A stretch of DNA of 64,000 bases, taken from contig OX597819.1 in the NCBI GenBank assembly GCA_951406725.2, positions 36,952,001-37,016,000 of the forward strand, written 5' to 3'. The notes under the pieces are model-generated. The model ran no database searches. It had not been told where the DNA came from and was given only the letters and a program-made list of their open reading frames with translations. Position numbers and translations under genes: made by a program. This document shows positions 41,801-55,491 of this stretch, one piece after another. Numbering within the stretch: position 1 is the stretch's first letter; each line of letters begins with the position of its first letter. Source of the stretch: Octopus vulgaris. Lineage: Eukaryota.

Positions 41801-42775
41801 CTACTCTAGGCACAAGGCCTGAAATTTTAGGAGAAGGGGACAATTGGCTAGATCGACCCCAGTATGCAACTGGTACTTAATTTATCAACCTCGCAAGGAT
41901 GAAAAGCAAAGTCAACCATGGCGGAATTTGAACTCAGAAAGTAAACACAGACGAAATACCTATTTCTTTATTACCCACAACGGGCTAAACACAGAGAGGA
42001 CAAACAAGGACAGACAAACGGATTAAGTCGATTATATCGACCCAGTGCATAACTGGTACTTATTTAATCGACCCCGAAAGGATTAAAGGCAAAGTTGACC
42101 TCGGCGGAACTTGAACTCAGAACGTAACGGCAGACGAAATACTGCTAAGCATTTCGCCCAGTGTGCTAACGTTTCTGCCAGCTCGCCGCCGAAGTGCCCC
42201 TTGTACTTGACAATGCCTATCACTAGCTGTGAAGCAGAAAGGAGTTCCTCGACGTTTTCCTTTCTTAAGAATAAATGCCGGGCTATGATGACTGAAAAGC
42301 GCTTAAATTCCTCATGCGTAGTGTCTCTAGAAAATGACATTGCAAGGAAGCTATCATATGACAAAACTGTTGTTCAAAAAACAGGAGAATTTTGCTATTT
42401 TCATATGTATATTAATGATGCATCATGTATGTATATAACGCTTCCTTAAGTTTGAACCCCCATTACGCTAAAAGTATACGGCATAGCCTGGAAAATATTT
42501 CTAGTAATGTGCCATGGAACAACCACATCGACAAAGATGTCGGTGATTACTCACACCTCGTTTCTGGTGGAAATAGGGCTCACTTTCAGACTTATTTTTA
42601 AGGACTTCACATCACAAATCCATCATTTGGGCTATCAGGGCTTCAAGCTGGAGTTCTTTGCAAGCGCATGAAAATTCTCTGAGCCTTGTTGGATGTTATT
42701 TTACTGTTGCTGGTTGTAAAGAGACCCCCATAACATTTTAAGCTTCAGGGCCTCAATATTGTAGATTCGCCACTG
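38893..42775 (+). mobile_element. Decayed hAT transposon (ZMYM1/DUF4371-type transposase)
   Basis: NNGNF, YYSIIVDSTP, RGQSYDNACSMKG, YVPCASHS, TRWS, TSCEAERSSSTF; TIR ...GATCTACAAT / ATTGTAGATTCGCCACTG; TSD CACATTAT/CCCATTAC. Confidence 0.85.
41790..42190 (-). mobile_element. Meta-type SINE dimer inserted in the hAT transposase
   Basis: Two modules with junction at 41960; flanking GAAGTGTCCCC / GAAGTGCCCC as possible TSD. Confidence 0.75.
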
Positions 42776-43132
42776 CCCATTACTACGTCGTTGTAAGCTT
42801 AGCGAAGCATGCTCAATATCTCTGTGGCAAACTATTCAAGTTTAATGCAAAATTTCACGTTGGCTTTTTGTTCCGACTTCCTATCCATGACGAAAACTAC
42901 AGCATACACATGATCACTAAAACAGAACTCGCGAAGTAAATACAATGATGTCGCTCGGCACACAGCCTCATAATGGCCACTGCTAGTTCCCACTACGCTC
43001 AGAATCTTTTGCTGCCATCCGTTGGCGCTCTACAAAACTAGTCCGGGAACATTTTGATACTACCTCGTGTGTGTATATATATATACATATATATATATAT
43101 ATAGATATATATATATATGCATATACATATGC

Positions 43133-43215
<83 letters not shown>

Positions 43216-43282
43216 TATATACATATATATATATACATATATATACATATACATATATACATATATATACATATATATACAT

Positions 43283-43343
<61 letters not shown>

Positions 43344-43522
43344 TAGTAATACATTTTATATAATTCTATACAGGGGTAAACACATTGCAGTATGCTGTTC
43401 AAAGCTCGTCCACAGTATTCGTCTAGCCGATGTCAGCAACAGTATTGTATTATATATGCCACTGGATTAATTTCGAAAATCCTTTTGTGTGTGTTGACTT
43501 TATATTAAAAAAAAAAAGATGA

Positions 43523-43768
43523 GAGACAGGAATGGAATTCACGAGACATTTTATTCACAACCACTACAATTGTTTCCACTCACTATGTACCGTACCTTAC
43601 AGGTGAGATGGTACCTATTTCAAAAGTCACTTGAGGAGATGCATATGCACTTATAAATCATGACATGATTGTGTAGCATCTCACCTGTAAGGTACAGATG
43701 CATGATTAGTCAAAACGAGTGTAGTGGTTTTGAGTAAAGATACTCGTGAATTCCATTTTCTGTGTCTC
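43523..43768. repeat. Imperfect inverted repeat with ~90-bp arms
   Basis: GGAATTCACGAG...GTACCTTACAGGTGAGATG / CATCTCACCTGTAAGGTAC...CTCGTGAATTCC. Confidence 0.75.
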
Positions 43769-44159
43769 GACTTTACGTAAATGTTTGTGTGTGTGTGTGT
43801 GTGTGTATGTGTGTGTGTGTGTGTGCGTGTATGTGTGTGTGTATGTGTGTGTGTGTGCGTGTAAGAGGAGAAAGAGATGGAAGGAGAACCGAAAACGAAG
43901 AAACGAAGAAACAAACAAGCACAATTAGAAATACACGCAAAAGCACACGTACACACACACATACACACACACGCACGCACACATACACACGCACGCACGC
44001 ACACACACATGCGTACACATTTATATATAATAAAGAAATAATGCTAAAATTGTCTAGATACTCTGTTGATATACCTTTGTACAGAACTATTCATTTATAA
44101 TTATGAACTTAAAACATACGCATCTAATAAATAATAGAATGATGTAAATGAATAATTAC

Positions 44160-44738
<579 letters not shown>

Positions 44739-45134
44739 ACAAATGGCAGTCAAATTAAAAAAAGGAAGATAAATACAATTATCAAAGAACTAACAAGAGC
44801 GAAGGAGACTGCGAGTGTGTGAGAGAGAGGGGGAGAGACAGAGTGAAAGTAAATGATTATTTATTTATATGACTGTCAGCATTCCATTTTAAAACTATTG
44901 TACATTATTGTTTATGGAAATGATGGTAATAATGCAGATGGAAGCAGTTTAAAATTCGTGTTTGCAATCATCAATAAATGTATTTACAATATACAACACA
45001 TAAACGATTTATAATAAACGAATTTACACAAACACACACACAGATATATATATATATATTGTGTGTGCGTGTGTACCTTTTACAATTTATATTGCATCAC
45101 ACAAATGACTTTACATACACACACACGCACACAT

Positions 45135-45167
<33 letters not shown>

Positions 45168-45211
45168 CATATATACATATGTGTGTGCGTATGTATATAT
45201 GAGTGTGTGTG

Positions 45212-45270
<59 letters not shown>

Positions 45271-46104
45271 TGTAGACACGCACGCTCACACACACACATA
45301 CATATATATATATATTGTGTTTCAATTTATAATGTAAGAATTTGTATGTGATATTGTTGAACTTTGGAACTGTCATTTTGCTAATAAGTACACACACACA
45401 CACACAAACACACACACACCAACTAACAGCAGTTCACTTCAATTTTAATGTAAATTCATTTATTTATTACTAGTTTGTCATTGTATGTTTGTTCGTATGA
45501 CGGAGTTCTCAATGATTTCAATGATTTTTCATTCTCCTATTGTTCAGTCATCAATATACCAGCCATGCAGCTCTGGCGTGGATCGTGAACAAAGAAGTAT
45601 GTCCTCTAACTCAGTGCGTCCAACAAGGTGTTTGTGTTGAACCCGTCTTGATTCGCATTGCAACATGGTGCTGAGCTTAACAGAAGATAAAATGTACTTG
45701 AGAATGAAAAACTAATGCTACTAGGAGTGTAGGTCTTTGAAGCATTTAAGAGCTTCTAAACAGCTTCTGAGTGGGATGACTCTGTAAAATTATATGTCTA
45801 TGATGAGTAGAAGTTTAGAATGTCTAAAGACTAAAAGAAGAGTTGAAGAAGTAGAGACAACAGAATATTTGGACGTATTGAATTTGTACATTTAGGGAGG
45901 AATTAAACGGTGGAGGCTCAGGATGTGTTTGTAATGAGGATGTGTTTATAATGAATAGAAAAGAAGCATTTATGGAGGATGGTAGAGTCCGTAGCTTTCC
46001 TTTTGAAGGGAGAGTTGTGGAGTCGCCGGAGTGAAACTTTCCTGTAGAGCTTTGTCTGACAGATTAACACTGTGTAAACCGTTACAGTCACTTTGATGTA
46101 ATAT

Positions 46105-46311
46105 CTATTTCTTTATTACTCATAAGGGGACAAACATAGGTATTAAGTCTATTACATCGACTCCAGTACGTAGCTGGTACTTAATTTATCGACCCCGAAA
46201 GGATGAAAGGCAAAGTCGACTTCGGCGGAATTTGAACACACAACGTAACGGCAGGCGAAATACCGCTAAGCATTTCGCCCGGCGTGCTAACGTTTCTGCC
46301 AGCTCGCCACC
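46105..46311 (-). mobile_element. Meta-type SINE
   Basis: Reverse complement of 63408-63638. Confidence 0.8.
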
Positions 46312-46794
46312 TTCGCATATCATCGAGATTGCAAAGTTTCCGGAGAACTTCGAGCTATTTTCAGGGAAACTTTCGAACATTTCTTCCATTACTTGTTGAC
46401 AACTAGGTTCACCTAGTGGTGTAGGCTCAAGTTTAATGTCTAGCTGAAGTAACACTTTTAGAAATTATTGAGGTTATCATCTGTTGAGGGTTTGCAATCT
46501 TCACCAGTAGATGATGCCCTTTATTTGGACCCGTTTTAAGTAAAACACGTATTTATGTGTATGTGTCCAACCTATTACCCTTATGTGTGTTTATACGTAT
46601 CCTGAAGTGTGTGTGTGTGTGTGTCTGTCTGTCTGTGTTTGTATGTGTGCGTGTGTGTGCATGCGTGTTTGTATGTATGTGAGTTTGTTAGTATATATAC
46701 GTTATCTTTCATAATATATACGCAATTACATGCACGCACAAACGTTCATACGCACACACACACACATATATATATACAATATTCCCTAATATTA

Positions 46795-46841
<47 letters not shown>

Positions 46842-47258
46842 GGATGTGTCTATGTATATATGTCTATTTGTCCATGATTGTGAAGGAAACCACGTAAACA
46901 GACTGTAGAAATCCCGTTGGATGAATTGGACTCGTAATTCAAAGAATCTGTCTCGTCACAAATTGTGTCAGCTAATTCTAACCAAGGAGTATGTAAAAGT
47001 AAACAAGTGTCTATGGATTACTCGGCCACCTCTATTAGAATTCATTGGTTACGTAGTTTAATTGTTTGAAAATCTGGAATAGTCATCGTCGAAACCGACG
47101 CAGTCACATTTACTTTACATATAGATAATAACATTTCTACTATAATTAGATGTTCAACTATAAACATATTTGTTTTCTTTCAAGATGTCGAGCACTGTCG
47201 TAATATTGACAGTGCTATATTACTTAGATAGAATATATTGTTAATATTTAAGTCTGTA

Positions 47259-47303
<45 letters not shown>

Positions 47304-47496
47304 CAGCGTATATGAGCAGTATTCCTGGTATATTCTCAAATAAAACAAAACATCTTTAGCAGGAATCATTCTTTTAATATTACGTTGTCAAACTCAATTG
47401 TAATACTTTGAGTACTGTAGTCTAAGTCGGTTTACATTGTCCTCTTGTATAGGTAACCTCAGGATTAGTTCGTGCCCCACTCTCTTTCTACCCACG

Positions 47497-47572
<76 letters not shown>

Positions 47573-47580
47573 CACATACA

Positions 47581-47855
47581 TATCCAGATTACATGTTCAG
47601 GTTTATACCTGCAATTATTGGGGGCCTGGGATATGGAACATACTGTCTAAGTATCAATCTTAAGGAATTAGGTTTCTCAAAACCAGAAAGGAGAAAACTA
47701 ATTCGAAGACTACAGATCCAATCCATCACTAGAACTGCAAAAATCTGTAAAACTTTCCAGAAGTTTATCATTTAAATATATATGAGCATGTCTACATATG
47801 CAATTATACGCATGAGAATACATACATAAAGCAACACATACACATCTGCACATAT
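47581..47855 (+). mobile_element. 3' fragment of an RLE-type non-LTR retrotransposon next to (CATA)n
   Basis: YPDYMFRFIPAIIGGLG...LKELGF...IQSITRTAKICKTF* resembles the RLE C-terminal P.I.GALG motif. Confidence 0.55.
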
Positions 47856-49130
47856 ACATACATACATACATACATACATACATACATACATACATACATA
47901 CATACATACATACATACATACATACATACATACATACATACATACATACATACATACATACATACATACAAAAATATCCTGTTGTTGATGTTGAAATTCC
48001 AATGAAAGGACTTGGATCTAGGTGAGAAACCGGCTCTTTTTCTATTGGCAAGAAATCTTGAAATAAAACTGAACAATGACATACATACAAGCGTATATAT
48101 GTACTATGTCAATGTGTAATACCTGACATTCCCATTTCAGACTCTACATTTAAAGTTAACGGTATCACCAAATGCATTTCTTTTTTCTTTTTGCTTTATA
48201 ACAAACACAAGTAAATCTTAAGTAATCATATGTCTCATATGTGTAGTTTTCTTACTCATCAGCTTAATTGTATATGCATGTATGTATCTTCTGCGAAGTG
48301 CATTGATTAAATGGTGGTCCTTATGCATTAATTCTTCTTTTAGAGACAGTGTGTAAATGCTCTTTCTACTATTGGTTCGACTGGTGGAATTTGAACTGCC
48401 GTCAAGCATTTTACTCGGCGTACTAACGATTCTGCCAGGACACCGGCTTAACCAGAGTGTAAACATAAAATTGTAAATAGTCATAGAGGCAGCTTAATAT
48501 TATTCTACCCCAAGGCGGTGTTACTGACTTACCTCCTCCCCCAAAATTACTGGTCTTGTGCCACATTTTGAAACCAGTATTACTCTACCCCAAATGAATA
48601 TCTATTTAATTTTTTTTAATTTGGTATAATAACGCAATATCACTTAAATATTGGTCTGGCAAGAAATTAATTTCGGCTTTTTAGTGTGAAATTAAAGTCA
48701 TTTTTTTTTTCATGCAAATAATGATTATTACTCTTTTGGCCTACAGTTCCCATCCATACTATTAAATATACAAGTTAGAGAAGAATGGACTTGCTCCAGT
48801 CTGAATTTTAACAGATACATTAAATAAATACTTAGTAATTCGATAATAATTTTTTTTTTTTATTACAACCAGATTTATAAATAATTCCCGGAGGCACCCA
48901 ACTTTGTCTGAGTTCCAAAACTTAGTTCTTTTTTAGGCTTCAGCTAAACGGTAAACTAGTCCCTTAACTTTAAAAGTTAGCATCTATCTTTCTTTTTGCA
49001 GTGTTAGTACTACGAGGTCATTTCAAATAGTCATTTGAAAATAAGAACTTGACGTTATATGTGGGTGCGTGTGCTTATGTTTGTATTTGTTTTTATGTAT
49101 ATGTGAATGTGTGCAATAAATGTATGTATG

Positions 49131-49161
<31 letters not shown>

Positions 49162-50048
49162 TATCAAAATTAGTCTACTTCATCGACGATGATATTTGAA
49201 ACTGCATACTAAATTTCAACGGTATGATTTTTAAACGAGCAATTATAACTAAAGTGTTACAATATATATATAGTTTATTCAAGGTCGTTCAGGAGAAATG
49301 AGGGAGAATGTGTGCGTGTTTGTGTATGATGTGTATGTAAGATGGAGAGAGAGGGAAAAAGAATTCATGTGAACCAAGGAGAGAAGTGGGATGTATACCA
49401 CACCATTATACCTACCAGTTTTTCAGCGTCTCATTTCTCGAATCTTCCGTTGCTTTTTTTTTTTTACCTTAAGGACCCTCAGATATGGCATTTTTTCATT
49501 TTTGTACATTATTCCGAGATGGATTCAGATTTGTGTGTAAATTTTGGATAAAATTCTTTGAGAAAAGGTGTCATTGGTTCAAACAAACATTGACGCTTAA
49601 AGATACAGACTAACTTCGGAAATACAAGTAATCAGGAAATTAACAGTCAAGCAGTTCAAAGTTAATTTAGTATTTCGTTATATGCCTATAAGCGTATGGA
49701 CAAAATCTTTCTTTATAACTAACTGTTTAGAAATAGAACACAATTCCTCAATCAGTAGCAAAGGGACTATTTAATATGATTAGTGCGAAGATTATATATG
49801 TTTCTCCTTTCGAAATATAAAACACATTTAGTGAAATGAATCTATCGGTGACATTCTTACTGAACACAGGCAAAAGGAAAATACGTTTTTAATGATGTGT
49901 ATAAATAAATGTGGTTTGTCTGTCAGTGAACCTTTATGACTCAAACTACACTGTATAAAAAAAATTTTATTTGTTTATTTATTGTTTTTGGCCAGTAAGT
50001 GTTAATTCCTATTTGCATTTAGCTAGAAATCAAAGGAAATTATTACTA

Positions 50049-50358
50049 TTCCCTTCAAACTTTGCTTTTGTGACCTGGATATCAATGTTTTGAAACTGAA
50101 CTATTTTCCATTACATTTCAGATAGATTCTGTGCTGAGTTATCGAAGTAGAAATATCGTTATAGGAAATATTCTGTTCAATACCACAGATTTGCCTGTCA
50201 GTTGCTTTACTTAAACCACTTCAGCATGTCCCTTGGTGGCTGGTAATATAGGCATCTCTGATTATGAGCAGGAGTAGTGGGGAAGGCATCAAAGCCATGT
50301 GTTGAGAAGGATTCTTTGAGGTTTGAATAAATGTAACAAAAGCAAAGTTTGAAGGAAA
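50049..50358. repeat. ~26-bp inverted repeats, possible MITE remnant
   Basis: CCTTCAAACTTTGCTTTTGT / ACAAAAGCAAAGTTTGAAGG. Confidence 0.5.
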
Positions 50359-50703
50359 TATTAGACACTTTTCATACTTCAGTTGCTACCCAAGGACAAA
50401 AATCGTGTTACACATTGTTCTATAAAATAACTGGGTTGTGTTTATTGTTGTTATTGTTGATGTTGTTTAGTCTTAGTTAAACCTGTTCGAGCAAAACTAT
50501 GATCAAAGATATTCTAGTCATAATTATATTGCTTTGTTTGGAGGAACACAATCTACAACGTCAAACTGGTGGCTCTTTGTTCTTTCGAAGACGATAGGAT
50601 AACTTTGAAGAGGATCATCACTGGCCAAATTAACTTGTCTTTCAAATAGATTAATATTACACTACTCAACATGAATTAATGGTGTCTGTTTAGTACAAAA
50701 TGC

Positions 50704-51168
50704 GGATCTTTTCGGTTTGAACGGCAGTTTTTTCTAGCGGTGTCATATGAAATTGTCACCCATAATTATGACCCTAGTATCGATCTATTGCATTTCTATC
50801 TGTTTTAGGGTTAGGGTTAGTTAGGGTTAGTTAGGGTTAGTTAGGGTTATGGTTATGGTTAGGGTTAGGGGTGGGGGGAAGGGTATCTTTTTTTTCTTCA
50901 CAAATGTAAATAAACCCAACCCAATCTGTTTATGAGGGACATATTCATACGGCACCGAATGCTTTTTACCTCAATAGACGTCATTGATTGGTTGAAATTG
51001 CAGAAATTGAAGAAAAGAACAACATATATATCTTACAAACTATAGAATTTTCTCAATAAAGCCAAGAGAAAAATGTTTTATAAACACATTCTACCAGTAT
51101 ACGAAGTTTAAAATTTTTTAGTTACCTAGAAATTATGTTAAAAACCGCCGTTCAAACCGAAAAGATTC
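50704..51168 (+). mobile_element. MITE (GGATC-ended, Merlin-like), copy 3, with the longest TTAGGG-type tract
   Basis: Same TIRs; 8-bp TSD CAAAATGC on both sides. Confidence 0.88.
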
Positions 51169-52014
51169 CAAAATGCTTCAGTAAAAAAGCAATATTACCT
51201 AAATAGTTATCCATCGAACAATATCGTATATGTTAAAATCGCTGAACATTATAGAAAACTAAAAGAATAACACACGTGATATATAATACGATAATGGATT
51301 CAACAACTAATTAATTCTTAATGAATTCTATACATTATCGAATACAAGACGTAGCGCACTATTGTAAAGAGTGTGTTACGTTTAGTATTTCGTTCGCTGG
51401 CAATGTTACGTTAACATCCACTCTATCAAATGTACATGTAGAAATGTTGAACACTTTCATTTTGACTCACCCACTAGATACTTTATATCAATGCACTGGA
51501 CTTATAATATTAAACACAATTCTTTCAAGGGTTGAAGAAATCAATACCACTAAATTTTTAAATAGTTTGCTATTGAAAAACACCTAACATCTCAACATCG
51601 AATAAATACAATACTGAATATTATACAAAACTTTAATGATTCTACTTTATTGAACACGAGTTCAAAATATGAACTAGCTTGTGGACAAAATAGGTGGAAA
51701 ATTTTCTACATTTGCTATATTTTTCAAAGGCATCAATTATTTACAGCTATCTTAACGTTTGTATTTCTCTCTACCATCGAAGCTATTGTGACGAACTTTA
51801 GCTAGACTCTTGTCTCACTGTTATTCATAATACAGCGTAATTAGTATTTCTTGTGGTTGTTAATTTACATAAACGAAAATTATGGACCTTCGAGTGTTGC
51901 ACTTTGTTTCAGTACCGAGTAAGCAACAGTAATTTGTAATTTATCAGTCAGACCTTCAGGATTGCCCGAAACAATACAGCATCGACGTAAATTACATCCA
52001 CAAATTCACACACT

Positions 52015-52072
<58 letters not shown>

Positions 52073-52159
52073 TATGTACATATATATATATATATAATAT
52101 AGAAGAACGCTACATAATACACGTACACACACATACCACACACATATGTGCATACATGC

Positions 52160-52194
<35 letters not shown>

Positions 52195-52267
52195 TACAAG
52201 TGCGTATATCTATACACATATATATATATATACATATACATATATACAAGTGCGTATATCTATAGAC

Positions 52268-52299
<32 letters not shown>

Positions 52300-54658
52300 G
52301 TATGTACATATATATAAGCATACACATGTGTGCGTGTGAGTGTGTATGTGTGTGTGTGCACGCGAGTGTATGTGTGTGCATTCTCTATACTAGAAACTGA
52401 ATGTTAGAGGCATAAAATTATGCAAATGAAATGATTTAGCTGTTGAAATAACCACAGATACGAAAGCAGAAAACCAGAAAACATGTATATACATACACAA
52501 CCTGTGTACAAGAACACCTTCATGAAAACTGCCACCAGCGCTCACCGCATATATACGCACATATCCATGCATGTACATATGTATGCACCATCACACGCGC
52601 ACAGAAACATATACAACTTATGTGCATGTACATTGTGAATAATACAGATAATCGCTCATAAGGACAGCGATATGATATCTGTTCTTGCTGAGTCTCATAA
52701 AGGTCATGCTGGTAGCAATTACACGGAACGCGGTCGATATTTCAAAATCTCTTTCCTGACCGTTATTATATCATCAACCCATTAAATCCATCTACTTCAA
52801 TTTTAAGTCCAAATAATGGTGTTGGAAATACTGTTTCTAATGTCAGTGATCAATCTGAATGACTCGTGATGTAAAATGAATACAAATATCATGCGTACAA
52901 ACCTCAGTATAAACATTTAACTATCTTTCAGAGTACTCTGCCTACGTTGAAACAAAATTGTATTATACTTACCACAGAGGGTAATAGTTAAGACAGACAT
53001 TTTCTTGAATATTTATTCACAGTACAATATCTATCTTAACATCATCTTATTTTATACAGAAGTTACGACATGTGGTTTATAATGAACTTCAGATCCATTT
53101 GTTATGTAACTGAACACGACATCAGCTTAAAAATCTCCATGTGCAAAATTATAGGGATTGTTCCTAAATTTTCAGGATAAAGTTGAGATCTCGAAAAGCA
53201 CCTATAACTTAAGCATTTTAAAGTTATAGATGCTTTTATGCTTCTATTCCTTATGACGAGGCAGTTTAAATAGAGTTATTGTTTCAACACTTATTGTTTC
53301 AATGTTGTTATCCATAATGCATTGTAATTATTATTTCATATCATCACCTCAGTATCCTCTTCATGTTTCTCGCAGGATCAAATTGTAAGAGCATATCTGA
53401 TGTTAATTTCTAGAATTAAATATATTTAGCATCCTTTAGGGTATTCGGAAATATTTTTTTTTAAATTAAAATATTGCCAAGGAAATTCGTAGGGTGATAT
53501 TTCAGCCGGAATATTTTGGTATCAAATGTTGGCACAAAGTTCAGGGAAATGGATAAGTCGATTACATCGGCCCCATTGCTCATCTGGTACTATTTTTTAT
53601 CAGAAAAAAATGATGGGTTAAGTCGACTTCGAACTCATGACCGACGAAACATAAGTAAGCATCTTGCCAAGTATGCTAACGATTCTGCCAGCTCGCCACC
53701 GCCAGACAAAGTATATTAACAATTCTATAATTTCTTATTGTGAATCTTCATTCAGAAGATCATTAGGATAACTGTCTAAATCCATATAGTATTTAAAATG
53801 CTAGCAAAATGCATCGTAAATATCTTTCAGAATTTCGGCAACTTTCAATGCAACACAATGCTATAAAAAGTATCATATTAGAAGAACGGTGATAACAGAC
53901 CTCCCACTTTTGAAAGTCTTGCCTCTATTAAGATTCGTATCCAAATAGACAATACACTTAACCGTCACTTGGATAATTGAGCTATTGAAACTGGTGCTAT
54001 ACGTATTGATTCGGTTTTCAATATATAACGCAAACAACAAAACAGTTAACGTTCAAGACTGGCACTTATAGAAATGAAAGACAACAGGATCTTTTATAAC
54101 ACGATAAAAGTTTTCCTGAAGATAAAAATTGTGCAAGTATAAAATTAAATATCATCTTCAAGTAATTGTTGATCTTTTTTTTTTCAGCTGAAAAAGTTTC
54201 ATTTTATATCAGTCTTTGAGTAATAATTATATCCTTTAAACCAAAGGATTTAAACTAAGTGAATGATAACTTTAAGATTTTGATTGCATACATAAATATT
54301 CTTTCAACAATACTCAACGAAAGTTCGTTTTTATTTCTACCCAGGACAGAAATGGCTTTCATTATTCTTCTTCAAAAATTGTATTATATATATATACAGG
54401 TGTATTACAAATACTTGTAACTTCACTTAGATGACAACAATAACTCACATATATAAGGAGTTTAAGTACATCACGAGAAGATATTGTGAAAAGCTATCCA
54501 TAAATAGAAAAACGTGAGGTAAAATGAATTAACGATAAAACGAATTTAATATAAATCGTATGGAAATCAATGACAAGCAATGATGATGAATGTTCTTCAA
54601 TACAGACAGGTTCCTTACCGTATAACATTCGAGGAACAGCTTTTATCCAATAATAAAG

Positions 54659-54713
<55 letters not shown>

Positions 54714-55032
54714 CAAAAGGACGTGTTATAATACTATTCCACAGCCATACCAGCAATCCAGGATTCGCACACGCAAACACACACATATATCAGTGTGTAT
54801 GTGTAATTATGATTATGATTTTGAAAACATTCCACACAAGTCACGAGACGGAAAAATATGTGTATGTATATACAGGTGTGGCTGTGTGGTGAGAAGCTTT
54901 CTTCCCACCCACAACGTCCCGGTTTCAGTTCCACTACGTGGCAACTTGGGCAAGCGACTTCTACTCTAGGCTCGGGTTGACCAAAACCCTGTGAGTGGAT
55001 TTGGTAGACGAAAACTTAAAGAAACCATCGTT

Positions 55033-55106
<74 letters not shown>

Positions 55107-55165
55107 AAGAGATAATATTAAAAATATTCCACACAAGCCATGAGAGGCGAAAATGTGTGTGTGCT

Positions 55166-55216
<51 letters not shown>

Positions 55217-55292
55217 TAAGGGTAAAAATTGATATTAGTCAATTAAAACCAGTGGTCTAGCACATTAAAAAGAATCCGAAGATTAAAATATT

Positions 55293-55491
55293 TATATATA
55301 CCAATTAAGGACTGAACACGAAAAAGTGGACAGTCAACATGCTAGATATAGACGTCAAATCGCCAATCTCCACAAAGATTTTGTTCTCAAAATTTGAGAA
55401 CAAAATCTTTGTGGAGAATGGCGATTTGACGTCTATATCTAGCATGTTGACTGTCCACTTTTTCGTGTTCAGTCCTTAATTGGTATATATA
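55293..55491. repeat. Near-perfect ~199-bp palindrome centred at ~55392
   Basis: Arms pair throughout apart from one visible mismatch (CGCCAATCTCC / GGAGAATGGCG); centre TTCTCAAA-A-TTTGAGAA. Confidence 0.95.

Larger units (their letters stand above)
38261..43067 (-). mobile_element. Decayed mariner element split by a hAT insertion
   Basis: N-terminus MDRKSEQKANVKFCIKL at ~42840-42890; C-terminus PHPSYSPDFAPTGFHLFPKMK at ~38500; degenerate TIRs at both ends. Confidence 0.75.

Noticed and set aside
39511-42449. ZMYM1-like host gene
   Set aside because: Many stops and frameshifts, bounded by TIRs and a TSD; it is a dead hAT transposase
50805-50872. TTAGGG tract as a chromosome end or fusion scar
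   Set aside because: Internal to a TIR/TSD-bounded MITE present in three copies
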